This document shows, one piece after another, positions 9,590 to 18,779 of a stretch of 64,000 bases of DNA (its first letter is position 1; each line of letters starts with the position of its first letter). Made by a program: the position numbers and the translations under genes. Under the pieces are notes generated by a model that searched no databases, was not told the DNA's origin, and saw only the letters and a list, made by a program, of their open reading frames with translations. The DNA comes from a virus (lineage: Duplodnaviria > Heunggongvirae > Uroviricota > Caudoviricetes). The DNA is taken from the IMG/VR virus record IMGVR_UViG_3300027710_000009; one strand, 5' to 3'.

Positions 9590-9928
9590 TTAATGGTTGC
9601 GTTTGCCATCGAACACACAGTTGAAAAGCAAATGCATTTCGCCGTCGTTGATCACCCGATGGAAAGCACCGTCTGGAATAAGCACAACGTCACCGCCTAC
9701 AACTGCAAACGGTTCTGAATCTTCTTCACCCACAATCATTTTGCCTGATCCCTGTACAAAGAAGTACACTTCTTCTTGGCCAGGATGTCTATGTCCTCTA
9801 GTGCTTTGATCACGATACAATTTTGTTGAACTTAGCACAAGATTGTTCAAGGTCTTGTTGTCTTTGAGCAGGTAAGTTTCATTGTCCTTGACAATTTCGC
9901 CACCAATATCATGTACATTGAGTTTCAT
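9590..9928 (-). CDS. Cupin domain protein
   Basis: GHRHPGQEEVYFFVQGSG...GDVVLIPDGAFHRVIN. Confidence 0.85.
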   Translation of the reverse strand: MKLNVHDIGGEIVKDNETYLLKDNKTLNNLVLSSTKLYRDQSTRGHRHPGQEEVYFFVQGSGKMIVGEEDSEPFAVVGGDVVLIPDGAFHRVINDGEMHLLFNCVFDGKRNH

Positions 9929-10429
9929 TTACCATACCTTTCCGTAGTCTACTACTTCACATTGTCTGCTGATCTCTTTCACAAAGTATGCACACACAGG
10001 ATTGTCTCCGGTGGTTAGTGGAATGGCCAACAGTTGTCCTGGGCGCAGTTTAGGAAAGTACCATTTGGTGTCATGATAGATGTCCATGATGTCCACTGGA
10101 AAAAACTCTGGCTTAAAACTCTTCAGCGGGTTGAATGTAAACACACTAAAGCCACGATCGTTGATACTGGTCAATGGCACAACTTCTAGGTCTCCAAAGT
10201 CAGGTTCGCCAATCAGGATCTGCCAGTCCACAGGCATTTTAATTGTGTGCGGTCCTATGCGTAATACCAAGGCCGGCGAGTTGAAACTTTCTAGGAATAT
10301 CAGTGGAATAAAAAAGTAGTCTGGGTCCTTGGGATTGCTGTTGTCAAAAACACAAAAGCGCAGATCATCTACTTCATCCGGTATTTCATCCATTTCAAAA
10401 CTTGTGTTGTCTAAGGTTAAAATTCTCAT
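9929..10429 (-). CDS. Hypothetical protein downstream of UvsW
   Basis: Intact 166-aa ORF in operon. Confidence 0.7.
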   Translation of the reverse strand: MRILTLDNTSFEMDEIPDEVDDLRFCVFDNSNPKDPDYFFIPLIFLESFNSPALVLRIGPHTIKMPVDWQILIGEPDFGDLEVVPLTSINDRGFSVFTFNPLKSFKPEFFPVDIMDIYHDTKWYFPKLRPGQLLAIPLTTGDNPVCAYFVKEISRQCEVVDYGKVW

Positions 10430-10442
10430 TTTTCTTCTTTCA

Positions 10443-11897
10443 TTATTGCCATTCTGTTTTTTCTACCGCAAAAGGATAGTTAGCTTCTTTATAAAATTGT
10501 TTACGTTTGGTCAAATGGCGTTTGGCAAACTTGCATGTGCTAGTAATGTCCCATATCTGCACAAAGTCTTTGTCTTCTGCTTTGCGAATACCACGTCCAA
10601 TACTTTGTATAACCCTAACAAAACTCTTTCCAGGTTCAACCAAAACCAAGTTAAAGATCCTGGGTATGTTGATACCCACAGCAGCCACACCGTATGTGGC
10701 CACAATGATTTTGCCTGTTGCTGTGGCCACGTCATCGTATTCATCTTGTCTGTCCTTTGCTTTGGTTGCACCCGACACAAATACTGCATTGTCGCCCAGG
10801 CGTTTGACCAGTTCTTGTCCTGCGGCCACACGGTCTACCAAGATAAGAGTATTGCCTGTGTCTTTGATGGTGCCTGCTAGCTTGGCAATGTAGTCCAATC
10901 GCTCAGGTGTGTCTAGTAGGTATTTGAGTTCGCTTTGATAGTTTGAGTATTCCACATGGTCCACAAGTTGCACCACGTTCACGTGACATTGACTAAGGTG
11001 TCCTGCTTCTTGTAGTGTTGCGGCCTTCAAACTGCCCACAACCTCGCCAAGAGCACACTTGATGCTCATCCACTCATATTGCTCTTTGGGTATGGTTCCT
11101 GTGAGTCCCCAGCGAATAGGAATGTGCCCCATCACTCCTGTCAGCAGAGTCTTTAATGCATCTGCTTTGGCCATGTGTACTTCATCTACAATAACACACA
11201 CAACATCTTCCAAAAACTCACCAATGGTGATATCTGCTTCTGCATTTTTTGTGTTCTTGAGCAAGATGTTTAGACTTTGCCAGGTGCAGATTGTGTGCTG
11301 GCGACCAAACTCTTTGAGATCTCCAAAGTACACACCAACGTCAAGCCCCATGTTGAGATAGTCTTTGTGTGTTTGTGTCACTAGACTCTTGTTGGGCACA
11401 ATAACAATACTACGACCATAGGGTGTGACTGCATCGCTTAGTGCGGCTGTGATAACAGTTTTACCTGCACCTGTTGCCACTTCTTGCACACTTTGCGGAT
11501 TCTCAAAGAAACGATTTATAATCTCCACCTGATAGTCACGCATGGCCATGGGCTGACCTTCCATTGGGTGACCCTTGGGCCAGGCAATGTGCCCGTAACT
11601 GTTTTCAGTTACTGCGGTAAAATCAAATGTGGTCTTGTAGTCGCGAGTGTCTTCAACATCAATATCATAACCTTGTTCGGTTAGATAAGGCAGAATCTCA
11701 GGCAGCAGATTGATGTAAGTGCTACCCCCTAATTGGAAAAAGCTAACCTTGCCATCCCAACGTCCCAGTCGCACTGCGGGCAAGTATCTTGCTCCAGGAA
11801 TATCAAACTTAAATTTATCTACTAGTGCTTTGCGTTCAGCAAGTTCTAGTCCTTCAATTTTTACGTTTACTTCGTCTTTAATAATCAATTTTGCCAT
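10443..11897 (-). CDS. uvsW: SF2 DNA helicase, UvsW-like
   Basis: RDYQ, ATGAGKT, DEVH, GLTGT, QSIGRGIR motifs. Confidence 0.88.
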   Translation of the reverse strand: MAKLIIKDEVNVKIEGLELAERKALVDKFKFDIPGARYLPAVRLGRWDGKVSFFQLGGSTYINLLPEILPYLTEQGYDIDVEDTRDYKTTFDFTAVTENSYGHIAWPKGHPMEGQPMAMRDYQVEIINRFFENPQSVQEVATGAGKTVITAALSDAVTPYGRSIVIVPNKSLVTQTHKDYLNMGLDVGVYFGDLKEFGRQHTICTWQSLNILLKNTKNAEADITIGEFLEDVVCVIVDEVHMAKADALKTLLTGVMGHIPIRWGLTGTIPKEQYEWMSIKCALGEVVGSLKAATLQEAGHLSQCHVNVVQLVDHVEYSNYQSELKYLLDTPERLDYIAKLAGTIKDTGNTLILVDRVAAGQELVKRLGDNAVFVSGATKAKDRQDEYDDVATATGKIIVATYGVAAVGINIPRIFNLVLVEPGKSFVRVIQSIGRGIRKAEDKDFVQIWDITSTCKFAKRHLTKRKQFYKEANYPFAVEKTEWQ

Positions 11898-11938
11898 AAT
11901 AGCACTATAACATGAACGTTAACAAAAAGCAATACCCC

Positions 11939-13069
11939 TTACCCAAGTTTATGGTTAAAATAAATAATCTTCCGGCTGTTCTGCACCATGAGTGATTTTT
12001 CTGCGCCGGCCAACAACCCAGCATGACTGATCAGTAACGGGATAGTGTCAAGCTCTCGCATGACCTTGTGTGTCCATATCACTGGTGCATCAGATACATT
12101 TGTTTTGTTTTTGTTGCCTTGAACTTCTACGTTTTCTGTGCCCAATAGCTCAAGGTATTTTTGATCACTGCCGCTGGCACTAGGGTCAAACACAATCATG
12201 GGCAATCTATTTACCAGCTGTGCATAGGCAAACAGCCTGGGTATTTGTCCAAAATCTCCAATGAGTTCGTAACTGGACTTGCGTATGAACACACTGATGT
12301 CTGGACCAGCAATGTGATCAACTTCTGCCCACACACTGTCACTGATAGTGTAGCCTAGCTCACTGCCTAGGTCAGCCAGTCGCAGTAGATTATCATCTGT
12401 AAAATCCACACCTTGTTCTGCCAAGTACTCTAGCAAACTTGATTCAGCGTTTTCAATTCTAAGTTGACCATTGATTCGTGTTAGTTCAATTGCATAAGTC
12501 TGTTGTTCTGCGGCTAGAATCTCATCCATGATCTCACTCAGCTCTTCGCTGATCTCAAACTGGTTGGCCTTGGCCCAGGCCACAACAAAATTTACATTGA
12601 ACTCGCTCAGTGCAATGTTCCAGCTTTTTTCTTCTTTGTCAAATTGTGCAAAGCCTTGTCGTTGTTGTAGCAACTCTCTCAACTGTTGAATCATTTTAGT
12701 GTCGTAAGGAAACTTCAACACCATATGGTCGCCGTCAACCCAACAACGTCGACTCCGGTCAAGCATGCGCAAGGGTTTACGATACTGTGGCGCCGCCATT
12801 GGCTCAATGTTGATTCCTTTGCTGGCCAGTTGTCGTTGATACTTGAATATCAACTTCAAGGCAAGGTCGGCTTGACGATCAGTTAGTGCGCCTGAGCCGA
12901 GTGTGTGGTCAGTAACACTGTCAAGAAAGGATGTGTCATAACGTGCTAGGCTTACAATAGGATCAAACTCATAGCCAAGCCAACCAGAGCTCTTGACATT
13001 GCCTTGTGCAATATCTCTTTTGCCGGCTATCACTTCTAAATAATCTTCGACCGTAGGAAAGGTTTTCAT
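11939..13069 (-). CDS. Hypothetical protein
   Basis: Long ORF; ATG 13069 lies 5 nt after TACAAT of a TTGACT-17-TACAAT promoter. Confidence 0.7.
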   Translation of the reverse strand: MKTFPTVEDYLEVIAGKRDIAQGNVKSSGWLGYEFDPIVSLARYDTSFLDSVTDHTLGSGALTDRQADLALKLIFKYQRQLASKGINIEPMAAPQYRKPLRMLDRSRRCWVDGDHMVLKFPYDTKMIQQLRELLQQRQGFAQFDKEEKSWNIALSEFNVNFVVAWAKANQFEISEELSEIMDEILAAEQQTYAIELTRINGQLRIENAESSLLEYLAEQGVDFTDDNLLRLADLGSELGYTISDSVWAEVDHIAGPDISVFIRKSSYELIGDFGQIPRLFAYAQLVNRLPMIVFDPSASGSDQKYLELLGTENVEVQGNKNKTNVSDAPVIWTHKVMRELDTIPLLISHAGLLAGAEKSLMVQNSRKIIYFNHKLG

Positions 13070-13101
13070 GCTGTATTGTAACACCTGCATAAACAGAAGT
13101 C

Positions 13102-13132
13102 AAAAAAAAGCCCTATCATTTCTGATAGGGCT
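13102..13132 (-). terminator. Rho-independent terminator
   Basis: AGCCCTATCA-gaaa-TGATAGGGCT followed by a T run on the minus strand. Confidence 0.8.
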
Positions 13133-13140
13133 GTTAAGGG

Positions 13141-13171
13141 GGTTGTGGAAAGGAGCTAACAAACCACAACC
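13141..13171 (-). ncRNA. Hairpin with an anti-SD-like loop in the 3' UTR of the AAA ATPase gene
   Basis: GGTTGTGG-[TTTGTTAGCTCCTTT]-CCACAACC, perfect 8-bp stem. Confidence 0.45.
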
Positions 13172-13200
13172 ATTAAACGGAATAGTATCCGCTTAATTCT

Positions 13201-14244
13201 TTACGCAACCTTCATACAGGTTGTACGTGCCATTTTTTCCCAGCTGTTAGGAAAGCTCTTGTACAGTTGAGCAATCTTGATTGCCATACGCAAGCTCATT
13301 TCACGCAATGCATTCTTGTTGGCATCCATGAACTCAATAATCATGTCTTGACCAACATCGCTGATGTCCATGTCTTCGAACAAAGCACCAGTCTTGGCAA
13401 TTTGCTTGATACGCAACAACTTGTCACGCATGGTGTCCAGAGTCAAGTCAAGATAGTGACAACGTGACTGCAATGCATCCAAGTGGTCCTTGAGCTTCTG
13501 GCTCTTCATCTTGTCAAACTTCATGTTGGTGATAAACACAACAGAGCCTTTGAACTCAAAGCTGTCTGGGATGCCTTCGCGGCGCAATGCACTTGACTCT
13601 GACAACCAAGAAATCTTACGCTTCTTGCCCGAGTCCAAGGCACCCTTTAACAGGTTCAAACTAACGTCATCTAACAAAATACTGTCGCAGTCGTCAAACA
13701 CAACCACACAATTCTCATCCGAGTACTTGTACAGAGTTTGGAACAAGCCAATAGGAGTAGCAGAGCCTTTGACAACTTCTGCGCGAAGCCTGCGGCCTGC
13801 GATAGTGTCAAACAGGGTAGCCTTTTCGATCTCTTGCTCTACACCGTATGACTTACCAACTCCAGGAGGGCCACTCACAATCATTGCACGGATGTCGCCA
13901 GCCACAGCGGCCTTGGTCATCTCTGTAAGCATTTCAAAACGCTCGGCAATATCAGCCATGCGTTCTTCGTCAGTTTGTGACGCTTGCACAACTGCTTCAA
14001 CATCTGAGTCCATGGGTGCAACAACACCTTCAAAATCGCCTTCACCGGCAAACTCGTAGTCTGTCATGCCTTCAACTTTGACACGGATTTCTTCTGGAAA
14101 GCCAGGAAACTTGCCACCGTTCTTCACAGTAACATAACCACCTTTGGCAGTCATCTTAAACTGCTCTACGAGCTGGAACACTTGTCCAGACACGTCTGTT
14201 GCACGATAAGCACCTGACTTGATACGGATGAATGCTGTTGACAT
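13201..14244 (-). CDS. AAA+ ATPase
   Basis: Walker A GPPGVGKS, Walker B VFDDCD, FITN sensor, ALQSR Arg finger. Confidence 0.85.
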   Translation of the reverse strand: MSTAFIRIKSGAYRATDVSGQVFQLVEQFKMTAKGGYVTVKNGGKFPGFPEEIRVKVEGMTDYEFAGEGDFEGVVAPMDSDVEAVVQASQTDEERMADIAERFEMLTEMTKAAVAGDIRAMIVSGPPGVGKSYGVEQEIEKATLFDTIAGRRLRAEVVKGSATPIGLFQTLYKYSDENCVVVFDDCDSILLDDVSLNLLKGALDSGKKRKISWLSESSALRREGIPDSFEFKGSVVFITNMKFDKMKSQKLKDHLDALQSRCHYLDLTLDTMRDKLLRIKQIAKTGALFEDMDISDVGQDMIIEFMDANKNALREMSLRMAIKIAQLYKSFPNSWEKMARTTCMKVA

Positions 14245-14286
14245 TTAAGGGCTCCTTTTTTATGTCGTTTGTTTAACTTAACCTAT

Positions 14287-14317
14287 AGTATAGCAAAAAC
14301 GGGCTTATTGGTCAACC
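14287..14317 (-). promoter_or_regulatory. Phage early promoter, copy 1
   Basis: GG-TTGACC-17(contains GCCC)-TATACT. Confidence 0.8.
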
Positions 14318-14451
14318 GTTTGTGTTGCTTGTTCTACAAGAATTTGTTGCGAAAAAACAACACCGCCGTTGGCTACTTTATACATCTCTGCTACATCTTT
14401 GACGTAAAATTGCATGATTTTACCTTGTGCAGTGATAAGAGTGTATTGCAT
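14305..14451 (-). CDS. 48-aa early protein (below ORF-track cutoff)
   Basis: MQYTLITAQGKIMQFYVKDVAEMYKVANGGVVFSQQILVEQATQTVDQ; GGAG SD; directly behind promoter copy 2. Confidence 0.65.
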   Translation of the reverse strand: MQYTLITAQGKIMQFYVKDVAEMYKVANGGVVFSQQILVEQATQTVDQ

Positions 14452-14483
14452 TTAGCGGCTCCGTTTGTTTAACTTATGCATAT

Positions 14484-14514
14484 ATTATAGCAAAACGGGC
14501 CATAATGGTCAACC
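14484..14514 (-). promoter_or_regulatory. Phage early promoter, copy 2
   Basis: GG-TTGACC-17(GCCC)-TATAAT. Confidence 0.8.
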
Positions 14515-14531
14515 ACTAAAAACCCCAGTGT

Positions 14532-15020
14532 TTATGCGGGTTCTGCAGGGGTGTTTTGGGCAGATAGCTTGCAAAGTAGCTGAAAATGCTCGTATGCAGC
14601 CTTAATACTTTCGTTTGCTAGCAGTTTCTGCGCTTCTTCTTGTAGTGCTACACCAGCGGCTTCTGCGGCTTCGCGGGCTGAAGGCCACTCCAACTGACGT
14701 GCATCCTCGCCAAATTCCTTGATCAAGTTAGCCCATGCTCGGCGTTGCCCAGGAGTCATTTCCTTTTGACGCATGCGATAGTTGGCACGAAGCTCTGTGG
14801 CTTCCATGATTTTTTTGCTCACAGCATCTTCGCAGTATTTGGCCGCGGCCATCATGGGCACGATATCAGGGTCCACACTGTAGCAACGACTGGTTATACC
14901 TTTTTGCTTGATAATAACAGTCGTGCCTAACGGAATGTAGTCCATCATCTCGTTGTCGTACTCGCCAATCTCAACGTATCGACGCCCAACTTTTTTGTAA
15001 ATTCCTGTTGGCTTTTTCAT
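14532..15020 (-). CDS. Hypothetical phage protein
   Basis: Intact ORF; ATGA overlap with upstream gene. Confidence 0.65.
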   Translation of the reverse strand: MKKPTGIYKKVGRRYVEIGEYDNEMMDYIPLGTTVIIKQKGITSRCYSVDPDIVPMMAAAKYCEDAVSKKIMEATELRANYRMRQKEMTPGQRRAWANLIKEFGEDARQLEWPSAREAAEAAGVALQEEAQKLLANESIKAAYEHFQLLCKLSAQNTPAEPA

Positions 15021-15847
15021 ACTCGTTCCAATAACTTTTTTACACCAAACATCTGCGATCTATCCATGCTCTGCGCCACGTGAATCATTGCAGTTGGTCG
15101 CAAATACAAGTGCTGGCACATGGCCATGTACCGATCATGAAAGTGAGTCCACACATGATCGGGCTGAACACATCTAATGTATCTCAATCCAGTTTTCAAC
15201 AATGCACTGGGTATCATACCATGTTGATTGTAAATGGTCACAGGGTTAGTGTCAACTTGTTTTTTGGTATAACGTATGCCAATTCTGTTCCACCAAAGAT
15301 CCATGCTCTTGCTTAGACTCATAAACACACTGGTCACAGCAGGATGTGAAAAATCAAACTTGATGCCACGGGCCGCACCCAACCAAGCACAATCCAAATG
15401 CACCTCACAGCCTTTGCTCAGTGCTTCGTCTAGAATTTCATACTGCTTTGGATGCAAGCCCAGATATCCAGGACTGGGCAAGGCCATTAGTATGGGTTTC
15501 CTGGGCACCAGATACCCTAACTCCGCATAGTCGATAACAGGATCCAGACGCTGATAGTACTTGTAATCGTGTTCAAATATTTGCAGTCCGTCCAATCCGT
15601 GTTGCATGATCAAACTGTCAATGGCATGATTACATCCCATGATTGCTTCGCGCACAGAGAACGTGTTCAGGCCTGTGATGGTGTTTAGTTTTGTGGCTTG
15701 GAAATAACGATCTGCTTCTTGTATGAACGTTTGCTGTAGTTGATCAAAATTTTGATCATATACCGAGCACTGGCCTGTGTGCAGATTCTTCAGCCACGGC
15801 GTGGATATGGTGGGCAGATCTGCAGTCAGTAGTTTTGCATCAAACAT
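15017..15847 (-). CDS. PLP-dependent aminotransferase-fold protein (compact)
   Basis: VHLDCAW and FMSLSKSMDLWWNRIGIRY resemble the D-x-A and S-x-S-K...R-I-G motifs of fold-type I enzymes. Confidence 0.5.
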   Translation of the reverse strand: MFDAKLLTADLPTISTPWLKNLHTGQCSVYDQNFDQLQQTFIQEADRYFQATKLNTITGLNTFSVREAIMGCNHAIDSLIMQHGLDGLQIFEHDYKYYQRLDPVIDYAELGYLVPRKPILMALPSPGYLGLHPKQYEILDEALSKGCEVHLDCAWLGAARGIKFDFSHPAVTSVFMSLSKSMDLWWNRIGIRYTKKQVDTNPVTIYNQHGMIPSALLKTGLRYIRCVQPDHVWTHFHDRYMAMCQHLYLRPTAMIHVAQSMDRSQMFGVKKLLERV

Positions 15848-16373
15848 AGGTATGTATCACAATGGCCTGCTTGTTTTGAAACTGATCAAACACTCCACCG
15901 CTGTGATACAGTCGTGTGTCCCACCATACCAAATCACCTCTATGCCACTGGTATCGTGCTTGCAATGTTGGATTTGTGGGTGGTGTACCACCTGTGTCTA
16001 GTTCACAAAAAACATCAGTGGTGGCAAGATTGCACAAGGCAGGATCATAATTCACACTTACCGGAATCAAACAACTGGCATATACTTCACCGTCTACTGG
16101 GCGTATGTCACTATGCACACCAAACGGCTGATCAAGATCAGCGTACATGCCAAACACCAGTTTCAGATCACGTTGAAAATACTCACACAGTCGTGTCATG
16201 AACTTTTGTTTGAACCAAAGATATCCTCGGTGTTGATGGTCAACGCCATAACAGAGTCCACTGGGGCGGGCGGGCTGACTAGGAAATCGTAGAAAAATGT
16301 CAACTGCTTGTTGCAGTTCTTGTTCAGGGTAAAAGTCTACTACTAGTCCTGTTTCATTTTTTACTTTTATCAT
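15840..16373 (-). CDS. 2OG-Fe(II) oxygenase-like protein
   Basis: HSD (HxD) and distal GDLVWWDTRLYHSG. Confidence 0.55.
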   Translation of the reverse strand: MIKVKNETGLVVDFYPEQELQQAVDIFLRFPSQPARPSGLCYGVDHQHRGYLWFKQKFMTRLCEYFQRDLKLVFGMYADLDQPFGVHSDIRPVDGEVYASCLIPVSVNYDPALCNLATTDVFCELDTGGTPPTNPTLQARYQWHRGDLVWWDTRLYHSGGVFDQFQNKQAIVIHTYV

Positions 16374-16484
16374 GTTTCACCTGGTTATGATAACCTGGTT
16401 TGCCGTCGATGTCTACTAAAAATTTGTATGCATGATAACCAGCAAACAACACTGTAAGCATCGCCGCCCACCCAAAAATTTCTC

Positions 16485-16868
16485 TCATGTTACATTAGCA
16501 ATCCACAGTACCATTGCAATGTACGTAAGGCAATGGGCAAGTTGGTCAGCGCCAAGCCACATCCAGAATTCATTGTCTTTGACAGACAACTTGCGCCAAC
16601 GGTTGATGTTCATTTTCAACCAGTCAATGTGATAATGTACTAGACTATCAAACAGTGCTGTGAATACTGCTATAAAGGTATTTTGGAAAACTGCGTACAT
16701 TATGATCCACGTCAACAGACCATGTATCAAACTGTGATGAATGCCACCCTCGGCACCATAGGTGCCTTTTTGTTCCACCATGTAGTTGAACTGCACCACA
16801 AAGTCTGCAAACCAGTGTTTGATAAACAATAAGGTCAGCACCAATAGTGCCAGTTGAACATCAGTCAT
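16485..16868 (-). CDS. Membrane protein, DUF3307-like
   Basis: KHWFADFVVQ, HSLIH, HYHIDWLK, GADQLAH; hydrophobic helices. Confidence 0.7.
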   Translation of the reverse strand: MTDVQLALLVLTLLFIKHWFADFVVQFNYMVEQKGTYGAEGGIHHSLIHGLLTWIIMYAVFQNTFIAVFTALFDSLVHYHIDWLKMNINRWRKLSVKDNEFWMWLGADQLAHCLTYIAMVLWIANVT

Positions 16869-17254
16869 AGTTGATCCTCTGGAATGGGCAGATCATCATA
16901 GTACATGTCGCCAATGTCTTTTGTATAGCTCAAGACCAGATCTTCTGCAATCATTGTGTATTTAACCGAGTCCCAGGCCACATTTGATTCAATTCCCCGT
17001 TCTGCACACTCAGCAACATACGCTGGTTCAAAGTCAGGATTGATCCATTTGAATGCCTGTTCCTGACCAGGCACATGCAGATTAACTTCATATACTATTT
17101 GTGTTCTGCAGTCAAATACCACAGAACAATAGTCTGAACTGGCGACGTCTACAAAATCAATGTATCGTGAATTTGGTCCATAGCAGTTCCAAAGATAATC
17201 TGATCCATCTGAAACACGTGCGCCTGTGGCAGTGATAATTTCAAGTAAGGTCAT
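16865..17254 (-). CDS. Hypothetical phage protein
   Basis: Intact ORF with coupled overlaps. Confidence 0.65.
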   Translation of the reverse strand: MTLLEIITATGARVSDGSDYLWNCYGPNSRYIDFVDVASSDYCSVVFDCRTQIVYEVNLHVPGQEQAFKWINPDFEPAYVAECAERGIESNVAWDSVKYTMIAEDLVLSYTKDIGDMYYDDLPIPEDQL

Positions 17255-17370
17255 GGGTTGTTCCGTTTGGTTGGGTCTGGTGTTTTGGGTGTGGGCACAA
17301 TAGGCTCCACTCGCCGTGGCTGTTTTGGCGGTGAGTAAACAGGAGGGGCAACAGGGGTAATGGGTATCAT
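17251..17370 (-). CDS. 39-aa proline-rich peptide
   Basis: MIPITPVAPPVYSPPKQPRRVEPIVPTPKTPDPTKRNNP; ATGA overlaps at both ends. Confidence 0.5.
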   Translation of the reverse strand: MIPITPVAPPVYSPPKQPRRVEPIVPTPKTPDPTKRNNP

Positions 17371-17573
17371 CTGATCAACATCAAATTCATTTTGCGCATG
17401 AGTTGAGATTCAACCTGGCGCCAAAAACGATGCGCCCAAGTGTCTGGGTACACCGTGTTTAATACACCACGCACATTGTCCAGTTTGCGTCCAATAGATT
17501 CGATATCGTCGCCCACTATAGTTGCTCCTCTAGTGAATTCTAACATTGAAATTTTACGATTTCTGTTGCGCAT
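17367..17573 (-). CDS. Small hypothetical protein
   Basis: ATG 17573 with GGAGG SD. Confidence 0.6.
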   Translation of the reverse strand: MRNRNRKISMLEFTRGATIVGDDIESIGRKLDNVRGVLNTVYPDTWAHRFWRQVESQLMRKMNLMLIR

Positions 17574-17575
17574 TG

Positions 17576-17746
17576 TCAAGCCTCCCAATCAGTGCTCCGG
17601 AGCTCAAACTCTTCCTGTATCTCTTCCTGCACCTGCTCCAGTTTTGCTAGTATAGCATCACGCACAGGCTCGGGCAAGAACAAACTAGGCACTTGATAAA
17701 TCAAATTATCAAAGTCCTCTAACCATTGTTCATTACGAGTTGCCAT
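17576..17746 (-). CDS. 56-aa acidic hypothetical protein
   Basis: MATRNEQWLEDFDNLIYQVPSL...; GGAG SD; fills the gap. Confidence 0.55.
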   Translation of the reverse strand: MATRNEQWLEDFDNLIYQVPSLFLPEPVRDAILAKLEQVQEEIQEEFELRSTDWEA

Positions 17747-17748
17747 GG

Positions 17749-17958
17749 TTAGGCTCCGTAGTAAGGACTGTAGATTTCGTCCACTTCAGGCACATCCACA
17801 ATGTCTTGATTGCTTACGCCAAATGTTTCTAGTGTAGCAAGTACATCTTTGAGCGGACAATTCAAAAGCTTCGCAATCATGCGAGCATCATGTCCATCAA
17901 TAAACATTTCTTGGATGTCATAATCCAGTTCAGCCATTTTGCTCATACATTTCTCCAA
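17749..17958 (-). CDS. Small hypothetical protein
   Basis: ORF track; probable start MSKMAEL. Confidence 0.6.
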   Translation of the reverse strand: MEKCMSKMAELDYDIQEMFIDGHDARMIAKLLNCPLKDVLATLETFGVSNQDIVDVPEVDEIYSPYYGA

Positions 17959-17965
17959 TTAAAAA

Positions 17966-18451
17966 TTAACGCCAAACACGATGCTTTTCAGCAACCCATT
18001 CGCTACCATCATACTCATCAATTTCCCAGTCTACATCTGCTGGAATCTCAACAACCTTTAGTTCTGCGTGACGTCCGTTTGCACGATCACCCAGTTCTTC
18101 TACCACTTGCACAAGATACGGATCATCACGTGCTAGATCGCGATCATGGAACACGGTGCGACTGTATGCGGCATTGTGTGCTTGGCGTTCTGCCAAAGTC
18201 ATCTCATGCCAGTTGTCAGGGTCACCCTTGATCTGTTCCTCTGGCGGTACTAGATAGTAGTTAAACGGAATCAAGCCGCCAAACTTCTCGTTGGCTTGTG
18301 TCCACACAGGGATGCCACACTTGTCAAGATATGCCAGGATACCTTCATGACTGAGTCCAAAGCCACCGTGACAACTATTGATCACCACCTTACGCACACC
18401 TTTGAGGTGTGCAATAAAGCGTTCTTGTTCTTGTACTGTCAACTGCGACAT
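17966..18451 (-). CDS. Hypothetical phage protein
   Basis: KVVINSCHGGFGLS...RDDPYLVQVVEELG...IDEYDGSEWV. Confidence 0.7.
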   Translation of the reverse strand: MSQLTVQEQERFIAHLKGVRKVVINSCHGGFGLSHEGILAYLDKCGIPVWTQANEKFGGLIPFNYYLVPPEEQIKGDPDNWHEMTLAERQAHNAAYSRTVFHDRDLARDDPYLVQVVEELGDRANGRHAELKVVEIPADVDWEIDEYDGSEWVAEKHRVWR

Positions 18452-18452
18452 A

Positions 18453-18779
18453 TCAATCTGCTCGTGAGCTCATGTATGCATCGATACCAAATTGGCGCAA
18501 GGTGTCGGCATAGGCTTGTGCGCCTGCTTCTTTGATGTCCATGCTCTGCGTGAAGCTACCACCTGGGTTCCACAAGCTCAGGCCACCACTGTATTCTTTG
18601 CGGAAGCCCACGCCTTTGAGCGCACGGCCTAGTTTGGTTGATGCTTTTTCACGCACCACTACCCAGGCAAAACCACAGTAGCCAGGCTCGCCGTGTTTGG
18701 CGCGGAACTCTGCTTCTGCCTTTTGTGCGGCCGCGGTTGCAGTATTGTGGATAGATTCGATGTTGTCAAGTGCAATCAT
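18453..18779 (-). CDS. Hypothetical phage protein
   Basis: ATG 18779 coupled to upstream stop; YCGFAWV motif. Confidence 0.65.
   Translation of the reverse strand: MIALDNIESIHNTATAAAQKAEAEFRAKHGEPGYCGFAWVVVREKASTKLGRALKGVGFRKEYSGGLSLWNPGGSFTQSMDIKEAGAQAYADTLRQFGIDAYMSSRAD

Noticed and set aside
4762-11897. Inteins or introns in replication genes
   Set aside because: Helicase, primase and UvsW have ordinary lengths and no splicing or homing-endonuclease motifs were seen
16357-16488. Possible 43-aa membrane peptide (MREIFGWAAMLTVFAGYH...)
   Set aside because: Fills the gap with an ATGA overlap but has no other support, so it was not listed as a feature
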